From positions 19,490,534 to 19,554,533 of the forward strand of contig CM120644.1 in NCBI GenBank assembly GCA_051362555.1: a stretch of 64,000 bases of DNA. The letters run 5' to 3'. The position numbers were made by a program, and so were the translations under genes. Source of the DNA: Lingula anatina. Lineage: Eukaryota; Animalia; Brachiopoda. Within the stretch, counting starts at the first letter, position 1. Each line of letters starts with the position of its first letter. The notes below the pieces were generated by a model. The model was not told the DNA's origin and searched no databases. It saw only the letters and a program-made list of their open reading frames with translations. Below, piece after piece: positions 13,451 to 25,600 of this stretch.

Positions 13451-15293
13451 TAGCCTTTTTGTATATAAGTGGTTTTTCTTCATTCTTAATTCTTAAGCAT
13501 GCTAACAGTCTCATTAAGGAACTAATTGGATATGTAAAAGTGTTGTTTTAACATTTTCTGCTTTTTAACAATATTCTTAGTTGATTATATAAAAATGACC
13601 GTAAACCTATTATTGTGCATTGTGTAATAAAGTATCAAAAATGGAAAGGAACTCATCATTGCAGTTCGTCAGATTCAATCATTCACTATGTTTAGAATCT
13701 CCAAATGGAGCTAATTGGACATTATAAATTGTTCTATTGATATTTTTCCTATGTCAACAATTTTCCTAGTTGATCATTTAAAAATGACAGTAAATTGATT
13801 ATTGTTTTATGTAAAAAAGGTGTTGAAAATGGAAAGAAAATCATTTCAGTACAGTTATCTCTTGTTAACATTTTGGCATTTTGAAAGTGTGACCCTAACT
13901 TCCATGTCCTTGGAGACCTCTCCATATCACATTTTCTGAATATCCATGATACTTTTTTTTTTTTTTTTTAATTGATGGTTTATTGCTGTTAAGTATTATG
14001 TTATATTGCATGAAAGTTGAAGAAAACCTTATTTTGGACACTGCTGCCAGGATAGCAATAAAGGGAAAACCATGTTACTTATGATACTCACTTACTGAAA
14101 AGTTTCATAAGACTGAAGTTCAGCTTGTGTTGGAAAACCAGTGTGATTGTTTTCTGTTTTGGAAGCAATGCAGTTTTATAGAGTGCTATATGGGGCAATA
14201 AATGTATATGGATAGCAGTATATTAATTCAGTATATTGATTCAGGATCATAAAGTAATTTGCTTAATTAATTTTAAAGTGGGCATTAAATGAGATTACAT
14301 AAAACACACTTTGAGATTTCATTGTAAAGTCCCCTGGGTTTATCTCTCTTTACTGTGTCACATAATAAGGAATCGATGATTATTATGCAGGTAAATGTTA
14401 GTCATGTTAGTATATTACAAAGCTAGATAAAAAGTTTGATAGCAGCTTTATTGGAATTTTTTGTTATGTTTTATTTTACATTTTCTTTTAATTATTTTTC
14501 AAACACTAGCATCTTCAAGATATCACTTTCAACCCCCATCCACCAGAAGCACTGTGCATTTTCTGTTTTTCCACATTAGAAGTTGTGTTGGTTTTTATGT
14601 CTTTAAACATTGTGTAATTATATTATTTTATGCACTGTCATTTTTTTTTTCACATATTGGAATTTCATTATGTGAATTTGAACTCTCACATATGGTCCTG
14701 AAACTGTAATCTTATTGACCATGTTGTTCTGTTGTACATTTTGTGAAATTTTTATCTTTCAGTGAAAGTTTCACATACTGGCATTTTCAGTATGGGCCTT
14801 ATAACTCCCAAGGGCATGTAACAGTTCACTTTTATTGATACTACCTGTTGTGTAATATTTGCAACTTGACTTTACAGTTAAAGGGATAATAACTGTTCTT
14901 TTTTGGCAAATAATTTTTTTTCTAAAAAGTTTTTTTGTTAAAATCTCTTAAGAAATTATTACAAAGTATAGCCACCTATGGAGGTCACATGGTCTGATGA
15001 CAAGTTCAGATATCAGAATAATAGCTATGACTTCCCTTTTTTGTGGTAAAACAAAATATATTATATTTCTGTGAGTTGTTTACACTGTTTTTAAAAACTG
15101 AAGTTGGATGATTCATATCATGGTTATGCAGCTAGACTGAATGGCACCTTTAGTGGAATATTTTTGTAATTTTTTCTTTAATTTTTAATTTTTCAAACTG
15201 GCATTTTCAAGATGTGACTTATCACTCCCAACCACCAGGCACTCTGTACTGTAACTTTGTAACACTTTCTGTATTTTTTAACTTACAAGTATG

Positions 15294-15295
<2 letters not shown>

Positions 15296-15371
<76 letters not shown>
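15296..15371. repeat. (TA)n microsatellite
   Basis: Pure TA run. Confidence 0.98.
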
Positions 15372-15380
<9 letters not shown>

Positions 15381-15473
15381 TTTAAATTGAATTTAAGCAA
15401 TGAGTTTAAGAAATTTTCACTTTATCTCATTCTGGCATTTCCAAAGTTTAACTCTTATCAGCCTGAAGCCTTA

Positions 15474-15692
15474 GGGACTATTTCCAGACCCTATCACGCT
15501 AACTGTGGATCGATCTATCTCCAAGGGAATTCTCGCTAAATTGCAATCAATGTAAGTGGCTTAGCTGTCTGTCACGCCTACTGAAACTGGCATGCCAGAA
15601 TCCTAAGCCGCTTAAACTGAAAGCAATTTAGTGAGAAACCCCTTGGAGTTGGATTGATCCTGTTAGATTGATCTAGGTATGGGAACTCAGTC
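15474..15692 (-). mobile_element. PIF/Harbinger-like MITE nested in the HINE
   Basis: Flanked by tta/taa; shares gatcgatctatc..gggaattctcgctaaattg with the reverse complement of the MITEs at 53719 and 58970. Confidence 0.55.
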
Positions 15693-16500
15693 TAATGCTT
15701 GTTACACATTTTACTTTCATCCTAATCCAATGTTATGCAGAATTAGAATTTCATGTTGGCTGTGCAGTTACAGTAAGCATAATACATTAATGCATCAAAA
15801 TTAACAGTATCCTATTTCCTGCGTTTTTTTTTTTTTTTTTTTCTGGTTTTTGTCTGTACATTTGACAGCTTTGCTGCCTTGTTTGTTTATTTCAATCTCC
15901 ATATCAGCTGTCATCTGCAATTAGTATATTAAATAAATGAAATCTTAGTTAAACAAGATACAAATCATAGATTTTTGTATCTTCATTTGATAGTTTTTGA
16001 AAGATAACATTTGCACCATTACAAGAATGATCAGCAAAACGTTGTGTGGCAGGAAATTTTCAAGAATTTTATTTAGAATATTAATTAATCATGAAAACAT
16101 CATGAACAACACTGTAAAAAGGAGCTATGTGGGTTTACTTTAAACTTGACACAGGGTTTCAGTTTGGAATAAAAAAAATAAAACTTACCAGCGACTGTGT
16201 AGACATTGTCTCTTTTGCTTTGTTTACAAAACAAATAATAAGAACAATTATTGTATAAAGAAATTTCATTGGACGGCTCCTGTATTGTTTCCTAAACTTT
16301 TAACCAATCAGAGTTTCGCTTTGTTGAAGCTTTCAACCTTGACTCAAGGCTAGAGTCTTTGCTAAATACAAATCACAATATATTACAATATATATCACAG
16401 AGCCTGGACCCTGGTATTATCTATTGCAGTGCCAGAACCCCGCCCCATCCTTGCACGAGTTTCTTAGAAAGAAGGCGGTGAATCTGTTACTGGCTGCAGT

Positions 16501-16929
16501 CCATTACAAATCCAAAGTCTCACCTCTTGCACATCGCCATCTATACTAATCAATGTTTATAAATATGGCGTATCAGGCAAAGGGTGATGCCGAAAGGCCG
16601 AATTTTCATCAAATGTTCTGTACACTAAGTGTCATCTTCCACCAGGACACTTTTCTAAGATGGTTCTGTTATAGATTCTTTCGGCAAACTTAATCCGTGA
16701 GTTCAGGATGAGACATCTGAAGTGAAGGACACATATGGTATCGACTGTGTCAGTTGTTCACTGTTCACATCACGATGCAATGTGCTTGTGAAGATTTTAC
16801 AATATGTGCTTCAGAATGTTGAAGTGCAGATTAAAAGTGCTTTTGGAGAACTGACAAGATTGCACACCGTCATCTACTTCAAGTTTTGCCATTCCCTTTT
16901 CATCTGTAGTTTTGCATTGGCTTATGAAG
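16501..16929 (+). promoter_or_regulatory. Head-to-head promoter and putative first exon of a plus-strand transcript
   Basis: Opposed YY1-like motifs cgccatct/atatggcg; CCAAT boxes toward the CBM20 start; donor gaag|gtaaga at 16929; further AG/GT exon at 16995..17021 and acceptor at 17136; nearly identical to 58111..58541. Confidence 0.5.
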
Positions 16930-17147
16930 GTAAGATAATTAACTAGAGAACTGATGTTGTATCTGATTTATAAGTAGACCTTTTTCCTCCTCAGCCTTGA
17001 CTTATAACAACGCGTTATTTTGTAAGTTTTTAATATTTATTTCTTCACAGTTAATATGATGTACACATGTAATATTCTAATATTCTGGATCTTAAAGAAA
17101 AAGCCTCAGATCACTGACCTTTTTTGTCTTTTCCAGTCCATCATCTG

Positions 17148-19305
17148 ACTCCACACTACACTGTACTACACTGTACTAGGAGACACAGGACTATACTGCC
17201 ACAATGGAACACAATGACTCCAGACTACTACACTGTACTAGGAGGCACAGGACTATACTGCCACAATGGAACACAATGACTCCAGACTACTACACTGTAC
17301 TAGGAGGCACAGGTCTGTCTTGCCACAATGGAACACAACGACTCCAGACTACTACACTGTACTAGGAGGCACAGGACTATACTGCCACAATGGAACACAA
17401 TGACTCCAGACTACTACACTGCACTAGGAGGCACAGGACTAAACTGCCACAATGGAACACAATGACTTCAGACTACTACACTGTACTAGGAGGCAGAGGA
17501 CTATACTGCCACAATGGTCACAATGACTCCAGACTACTACACTGTACTAGGAGGCACAGGACTAAACTGCCACAATGGAACACAATGACTTCAGACTACT
17601 ACACTGTACTAGGAGGCAGAGGACTATACTGCCACAATGGTCACAATGACTCCAGACTACTACACTGTACTAGGAGGCACAGGACTATACTGCCACAATG
17701 GAACACAATGACTCCAGACTACTACACTGTACTAGGAGGCAGAGGACTATACTGCCACAATGGAACACAATGACTCCAGACTACTACACTGTACTAGGAG
17801 GCACAGGACTATACTGCCACAATGGAACACAATGACTCCAGACTACTACACTGTACTAGGAGGCACAGGACTATACTGCCACAATGGAACACAATGACTC
17901 CAGACTACTACACTGTACTAGGAGGCACAGGACTATACTGCCACAATGGAACACAATGACTCCAGACTACTACACTGTACTAGGAGGCACAGGACTATAC
18001 TGCCACAATGGAACACAATGACTCCAGACTACTACACTGTACTAGGAGGCACAGGACTATACTGCCACAATGGAACACAATGACTCCAGACTACTACACT
18101 GTACTAGGAGGCACAGGACTATACTGCCACAATGGAACACAATGACTCCAGACTACTACACTGTACTAGGAGGCAGAGGACTATACTGCCACAATGGAAC
18201 ACAACGACTCCAGACTTCTACACTGTACTTGGAGGCACAGGACTATACTGCCACAATGGAACACAACGACTCCAGACTACTACACTGTACTGGGAGGCAC
18301 AGGACTATACTGCCACAATGGAACACAATGACTCCAGACTACTACACTGTACTAGGAGGCACAGGACTATACTGCCTGCATAGAGAATGTGGAAACAGAT
18401 ATTTCATCCAGTGAACAAAATCCACAGTTCTCAGCGAAAGAACAGCCAAAATCACTAGATTTAAGGAGATCTCAAAGAGCAAGGAAAATCCCTGAAAGAT
18501 TCGCAGATTTTGTGTTATAAAAGTGTTTAGTTAGCTACCAAGTGGTAAAGACTTCGTTTAGAGAGTGATGTACTGGCAACCTCTCCTCTCTTATAGGACT
18601 AAATTTTCATTTCTTTCTCAAAGTAATTAAAACTGTGACAGTGAACACTAAGATCTCAAAATACAGTAAAGGACTTTAATCATTTGTTTTTAGAGACATT
18701 GATTTGTTAGGACAACATTTAAAGTTTCAAGTTTGTATTTAAAAAAATCAGAGAGAGAGAAAGACAATAACACAGTGCTACAATTTAAGTGATTTTATTC
18801 AAGTATCGGTAACCAATGGATCAGTGACTGTTTATGTTTCACATTTTCAAAGACTTTTACATGTAAATCACAAAGAGACTTTTGTGAGAGACTGTCAGAC
18901 ACTGCACATATATGATTATTATTTTCAATTTACTTTTCAACCCCAGGTAAAAGTAATTCAAGGGGGGGAAGGATGTAATGTAGTAGTTTGACTTTATGCG
19001 TGTGTTATATCTTATATGTAGATCTTACGTCATCTGTTTTACACTTGAGTTAGTATAAACGGAATAAAGAACACATGGTCTCTCAAACCACCAGCTACTC
19101 TAGTCACTTTATTATAACTACTACACTGTACTAGGAGGCACAGAACTATATTTCCACAATGGAACACGATGACTCCAGACTACTACACTATACTAGGAGA
19201 CACAGGGCTATACTGCCACAATGGAGCACAATGACTTCAGACTACTACACTGTACTAGGAGACACAGGACTATACTGCCACAGTGGAACACAATGACTCC
19301 AGAAT
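17148..19305 (+). repeat. 62-bp minisatellite (~20 copies, then ~3 more after an LTR remnant)
   Basis: Unit actccagactactacactgtactaggaggcacaggactatactgccacaatggaacacaatg. Confidence 0.97.
18377..19125 (+). mobile_element. Gypsy-like LTR retrotransposon 3' remnant (integrase tail, PPT, LTR)
   Basis: LRRSQRARKIPERFADFVL* ends at 18520; polypurine tract agggggggaagga at 18961..18973; LTR TGTA..TACA at 18974..19125 with TATA-like and AATAAA signals. Confidence 0.75.
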
Positions 19306-19534
19306 AATTTCCAATATGGTTATATAAGATTTCATTTTCATTTTGAATGTTCCTACACAGATCACATTGTTTTCTGGATCTTTACATATTTCAGTAAAAT
19401 TTTGAATCTGTAATGCCGTTTAGTTACAGCCTTTCAGCAAGTTTTTCATCTTTTACAGTACCGGATGATATACAAATGATATACAAAATAGGTTAATTTA
19501 TTAATTGTAATACAATAATCAATATCAATACTAC

Positions 19535-19675
19535 TCTCAGCAAGTTTGCTGTCATAAATCACAATGCTTCTCAATCTTGTGTCATTGGTATGCTTTATGT
19601 ATATTTTTGATTGGTTCAATCTTTAATGTTGTCCATCCATGCTGTTTTAGGACTTTTTTCTCCATTTCCATTTAA
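19535..19675 (-). mobile_element. RTE-clade LINE 3' remnant
   Basis: Minus strand reads PKTAWMDNIKD*T..., a typical RTE ORF C-terminus; paralog at 60078..60232. Confidence 0.65.
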
Positions 19676-22600
19676 CCCAGAAACCCATTGTAAGGAGTTA
19701 TCTGCATCTGGCACTGTTAATAAGAAGAAGACTCAACCTCAAATCATTACGTTTGCTGTTTTCTTTCAGAGTAAGAAAAACATTGCAATATTGAAATATT
19801 TGTTTTGGCTAAGTGTCACTCTTCTTATGATGAATTTCCTATAGTATAAACTTGACATTTAAAGGATAACAGAGACAGCTGATCAGCTTATCACAGATTT
19901 TTATTGTTTTTAAGCATTATTTGTACAAATTTCAGAAATACTGGACCAGATTTGACAAAATTATTAACATTTAACTATTTTGAATGATTCAATTTGCATG
20001 TCTTTTCAATGTGATTTTCAGTGTTCCCAAAAATATAGTCCTTAAAAACACTTTTCATTAGACTTGGTCAACTAATCAGCTTATCACAGATTTTTATGGT
20101 TGTTAAGCATTTTTTGTACAAATTTCAGGCAGTGAAAGACAGCACCAAGGGCAGCACTATGTCTAATCCATGTGTACAATACATGATATTTGGCAAGATT
20201 TAGGACATTGTCAAATACCGTGATAACAACAACCCCTTCCACAAACTCGTTATAAGGATTGGCATTGGTAGTAAGGAGAAGTCTTGTATGGGGAATATAT
20301 TGTTTGCCAGATGACAGTATAGGTACTTTGCAACCTCTTACACAAACAATCTCAAATCATCACATTTGCCGTTTTCTTTTAGAGTAAGTAATACATTGCA
20401 ATATTGAAATATTTGTTTTGGTTAATTCTCACTCTTCTGATGATGAATGACACTTAAAAAATAACAGAGACAGCTGATCAGCTTATCACAGATTTTTATA
20501 TTTGTTAGTCATCATTTATACAAATTTTATAAACATTGGACAAGATTTGACAAAATTATTAATGTTTAACTATTTTAAATCATTGAATTTGCCCGTCTTT
20601 TCAATGTAATTTTCAGTTCTCTCAGTTATAATTTTTTTTTTCCAGAGTACCCTTACCATGAAAAAGCAGGCAGTGAAAGACAGCACCAAGAGCAGCACTA
20701 TGTCTTATCCATGTGTACAATACATGATATTTGGCAATTTTTGGGACATTGTCAAATAATGTGATAACAACAACCCCTCCCAGAAACCCATTGTAAGGAG
20801 TAATCTGCATCTGGCATTGGTAGTAAGGAGAAGTCTTGTATGGGTATATATTATTTTCCAGATGACAGTTATAGGTAATTTGCAACCTCTTACACAAACA
20901 ACCTCAAATCATCACATTTGTCGTAATACATACGTAATACAGAGTAAGTAATACATTGCAATATTGAAATATTTGTTTTGGTTAATTCTCACTCTTTTGA
21001 TGATGAATTTCCTATTAACGTGACACTTAAAAAATAACAGAGACAGCTGATCAGCTCATCACAGATCTTTATTCTTGTTAATCATCATTTGTACAAATTT
21101 CATAAACATTGCAGAAGATTTGACAAAATTATTAATGTTTAACTATTTTAAGGCCTGCGATTTGCCAGTCTTTTCAATGCAATTTTCAGTTTTCCCAAAT
21201 ATATTGTCCCAAAAAACAATTTTCATTAAACATAGTCAACTGATCAGCTTTTCACAGGTTTTTATTCTTGTTAATCATCATTTGTACAAATTTCATAAAC
21301 ATTGGTCAAGATTTGACAAAATTATTAATGTTTAACTATTTTAAGTCCTGCGATTTCCCAGTCTTTTCAATGCAATTTTCAGTTTTCCCAAATATATTGT
21401 CCCCAAAAAACACTTTTCATTAGTCACAGTCAACTGATCAGCTTATCACATATTGTTATTCTTGTTAACATCATTTGTACAAATTTCATAAACAATGGAC
21501 AAGATTTGACAAAATTATTAATGTTTAACTATTTTAAGTCCTGCGATTTCCCAGTCTTTTCAATGCAATTTTCAGTTTTCCCAAATATATTGTCCCCAAA
21601 AAACACTTTTCATTAGTCACAGTCAACTGATCAGGTTATCACAGATTTTTATCCTGGTTAATAATCATTTGTACAAATTTCATAAACACTGGACAAGATT
21701 TGACAAAATTATTAATGTTTAACTAATTTAAATCATTGGATTTGCCTGTCTTTTCTATGTAATTTTGTTTTCTCAGTTATATTTTTTCTTTTTCCAGAGT
21801 ACCCTTACCATGAAAAAGCAGGCAGTGAAAGACAGCACCAAGAGCAGCACTATGTCTTATCCATGTGTACAATACATGATATTTGGCAAGATTTAGGACA
21901 TTGTCAAATAATGTGATAACAACAACCCCTCCCAGAAACCCATTGTAAGGAGTAATCTGCATCTGGCATTGGTAGTAAGGAAAAGTCTTGTATGGGTATA
22001 TATTATTTTCCAGATGACAGTTATAGGTAATTTGCAACCTCTTACACAAACAACCTCAAATCATCACATTTGCCGTAATACATACGTAATACAGAGTAAG
22101 TAATACATTGCAATATTGAAATATTTTTGGTTAATTCTCACTCTTCTGATAATGAATTTCCTATTAACGTGACACTTAAAAAATAACAGAGACAGCTGAT
22201 CAGCTTATCACAGCTCTTTATTCTTGTTAATCATCATTTGTACACATTTCATAAACATTGCAGAAGATTTGACAAAATTATTAATGTTTAACTATTTTAA
22301 GGCCTGCAATTTGCCAGTCTTTTCAATGCAATTTTCAGTTTTCCCAAATATATTGTCCCAAAAAACAATTTTCATTTAACATAGTCAACTGATCAGCTTT
22401 TCACAGGTTTTTATTCTTGTTAATCATCATTTGTACAAATTTCATAAACATTGGACAAGATTTGACAAAATTATTAATGTTTAACTATTTTAAGGCCTGC
22501 GATTTGCCAGTTTTTTCAATGCAATTTTCAGTTTTCCCAAATATAATGTCCCCAAAAAAGCTTTTCTTTGGTCACAGTCAACTGATTAGCTTATCACAGA

Positions 22601-25600
22601 TTTTCATACTTGTTAATAATCATTTGTTCAAATTTCATAAAAATTGGACAAGATTTGACAAAATTATTAATGTTTAACTATTTAAAGGCCTGAGATTTGC
22701 CAGTTTTTTCCTTTCAATTTTCAGTTGTCCCAAATATATTGTCCCAAAAAACAATTTTCATTAAACATAGTGAACTGATCAGCTTATCACAGATTTTTAT
22801 TGTTGTTAATTATCATTTGTACAAATCTCATAATTATTGGACAAGATTTGACAAAATTATTATAGTTTAACTATTTTAAATCATTGAATTTGCCCGTCTT
22901 TTCTATGTAATTTTCAGTGTTCCAAAATATATTTTTACAAAAAACACTATTCATTAGACACAGTCAACTGATCAGCTTATCACAGATTGTTATTCTTGTT
23001 AAGCATCAGTTGGTCAAATTTTAGTAATATTGGCCAAGATTTGACAAAATTATTAATGTTTAACTAATTTAAATCATTGAATTTGCCCGTCTTTTCTATG
23101 TAATTTTCAGTTTTCTGAGTTATATTTTTTCTTTTTCCAGAGTACCCTTACCATGAAAAAGCAGGCAGTGAAAGACAGCACCAAGAGCAGCACTATGTCT
23201 TATCCATGTGTACAATACATGATATTTGGCAAGATTTGGGACATTGTCAAATAATGTGATAACAACACCCCCTCCCAGAAACCCATTGTAAGGAGTAATC
23301 TGCATCTGGCATTGGTAGTAAGGAGAAGTCTTGTATGGGTATATATTGTTTTCCAGATGACAGTTATAGGTAATGTGCAACCTCTTACACAAACAACCTC
23401 AATACATCACATTTGCCATTTTCTTTTAGAATAATTAATACATTGCAATATTGAAATATTTGTTTTGGTTAATTCTCACTTTTCTGATGATGAATTTCCT
23501 ATAAACGTGACACTTAAAAATTAACAGAGACAGCTGATCAGCTTATCACAGGTTTTTATTGTTGTTAGTTATCATTTGTACAAATGTCATAAACATTGGA
23601 CAAGATTTGACAAAATTATTAATGTTTAACTATTTTAAATCATTGAATTTTCCAGTCTTTTCAATGTAATTTTCAGTTCTCTCAGTTATATTTTTTCTTT
23701 TTCCAGAGTACCCTTACCATGAAAAAGCAGGCAGTGAAAGACAGCACCAAGAGCAGCACTATGTCTTATCCATGTGTACAATACATGATATTTGGCAATT
23801 TTTGGGACATTGTCAAATAATGTGATAACAACACCCCCTCCCAGAAACCCATTGTAAGGAGTAATCTGCATCTGGCATTGGTAGTAAGGAGAAGTCTTGT
23901 ATGGGTATATATTGTTTTCCAGATGACAGTTATAGGTAATTTGCAACCTCTTACACAAACAACCTCAAATCATCACATTTGTCATAATACATACGTAATA
24001 CAGAGTAAGTAATACATTGCAATATTGAAATATTTTTGGTTAATTCTCACTCTTCTGATGATGAATTTCCTATTAACGTGACACTTAAAAAATAACAGAG
24101 ACAGCTGATCAGCTTATCACAGCTCTTTATTCTTGTTAATCATCATTTGTACACATTTCATAAACATTGCAGAAGATTTGACAAAATTATTAATGTTTAA
24201 CTATTTTAAGGCCTGCAATTTGCCAGTCTTTTCAATGCAATTTTCTGTTTTCCCAAATATATTGTCCCAAAAAACAATTTTCATTTAACATAGTCAACTG
24301 ATCAGCTTTTCACAGGTTTTTATTCTTGTTAATCATCATTTGTACAAATTTCATAAACATTGGACAAGATTTGACAAAATTATTAATGTTTAACTATTTT
24401 AAGGCCTGCGATTTGCCAGTTTTTTCAATGCAATTTTCAGTTTTCCCAAATATAATGTCCCCAAAAAAGTTTTTCTTTGGTCACAGTCAACTGATTAGCT
24501 TATCACAGATTTTCATACTTGTTAATAATCATTTGTTCAAATTTCATAAAAATTGGACAAGATTTGACAAAATTATTAATGTTTAACTATTTAAAGGCCT
24601 GAGATTTGCCAGTTTTTTCCTTTCAATTTTCAGTTGTCCCAAATATATTGTCCCAAAAAACAATTTTCATTAAACATAGTGAACTGATCAGCTTATCACA
24701 GATTTTTATTGTTGTTAATTATCATTTGTACAAATCTCATAATTATTGGACAAGATTTGACAAAATTATTATAGTTTAACTATTTTAAATCATTGAATTT
24801 GCCCGTCTTTTCTATGTAATTTTCAGTGTTCCAAAATATATTTTTACAAAAAACACTATTCATTAGACACAGTCAACTGATCAGCTTATCACAGATTGTT
24901 ATTCTTGTTAAGCATCAATTGGTCAAATTTTAGTAATATTGGCCAAGATTTGACAAAATTATTAATGTTTAACTAATTTAAATCATTGAATTTGCCCGTC
25001 TTTTCTATGTAATTTTCAGTTTTCTGAGTTATATTTTTTCTTTTTCCAGAGTACCCTTACCATGAAAAAGCAGGCAGTGAAAGACAGCACCAAGAGCAGC
25101 ACTATGTCTTATCCATGTGTACAATACATGATATTTGGCAAGATTTAGGACATTGTCAAATAATGTGATAACAACACCCCCTCCCAGAAACCCATTGTAA
25201 GGAGTAATCTGCATCTGGCATTGGTAGTAAGGAGAAGTCTTGTATGGGTATATATTGTTTTCCAGATGACAGTTATAGGTAATGTGCAACCTCTTACACA
25301 AACAACCTCAATACATCACATTTGCCATTTTCTTTTAGAATAATTAATACATTGCAATATTGAAATATTTGTTTTGGTTAATTCTCACTTTTCTGATGAT
25401 GAATTTCCTATAAACGTGACACTTAAAAATTAACAGAGACAGCTGATCAGCTTATCACAGGTTTTTATTGTTGTTAGTTATCATTTGTACAAATGTCATA
25501 AACATTGGACAAGATTTGACAAAATAATTAATGTTTAACTATTTTAAATCATTTAATTTGCCCATCTTTTCAATGTAATTTTCAGTTCTCTCAGTTATAT

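Larger units (their letters stand above)
12438..15881 (+). mobile_element. Non-autonomous Helentron (HINE/DINE-1-like), 3.4 kb
   Basis: Absent at the paralogous site (~57495); inserted in a T-run; subterminal IRs atgtacagaca (12438) and tgtctgtacat (15851); 5' self-IR; (GTC/GCC)n microsatellite; 161-bp core repeats; 3' stem-loop gacagc-ttt-gctgcc at 15864..15878. Confidence 0.88.
10190..16206 (-). pseudogene. CBM20-domain gene, inactivated copy
   Basis: Exons 16206-16189, exon 2 split by the insertion 12438..15881, 12202-12001 (TGA at 12174..12176 and a 1-nt deletion near 12020), 11756-11630, 11399-11361, 10818-10759, 10583-10536, 10272-10190; canonical AG/GT sites. Confidence 0.85.

Noticed and set aside
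17148-18376. CRISPR-like array or repeat protein (MEHNDSRLLHC ORFs)
   Set aside because: Head-to-tail 62-bp units with no unique spacers; unit length is not a multiple of 3 and stops recur; eukaryotic context.
23275-23335. Crypton/DUF3504-like peptide CKE(L)SASGIGSK in the cassette
   Set aside because: Only a short resemblance flanked by stops; not supportable without a profile search.
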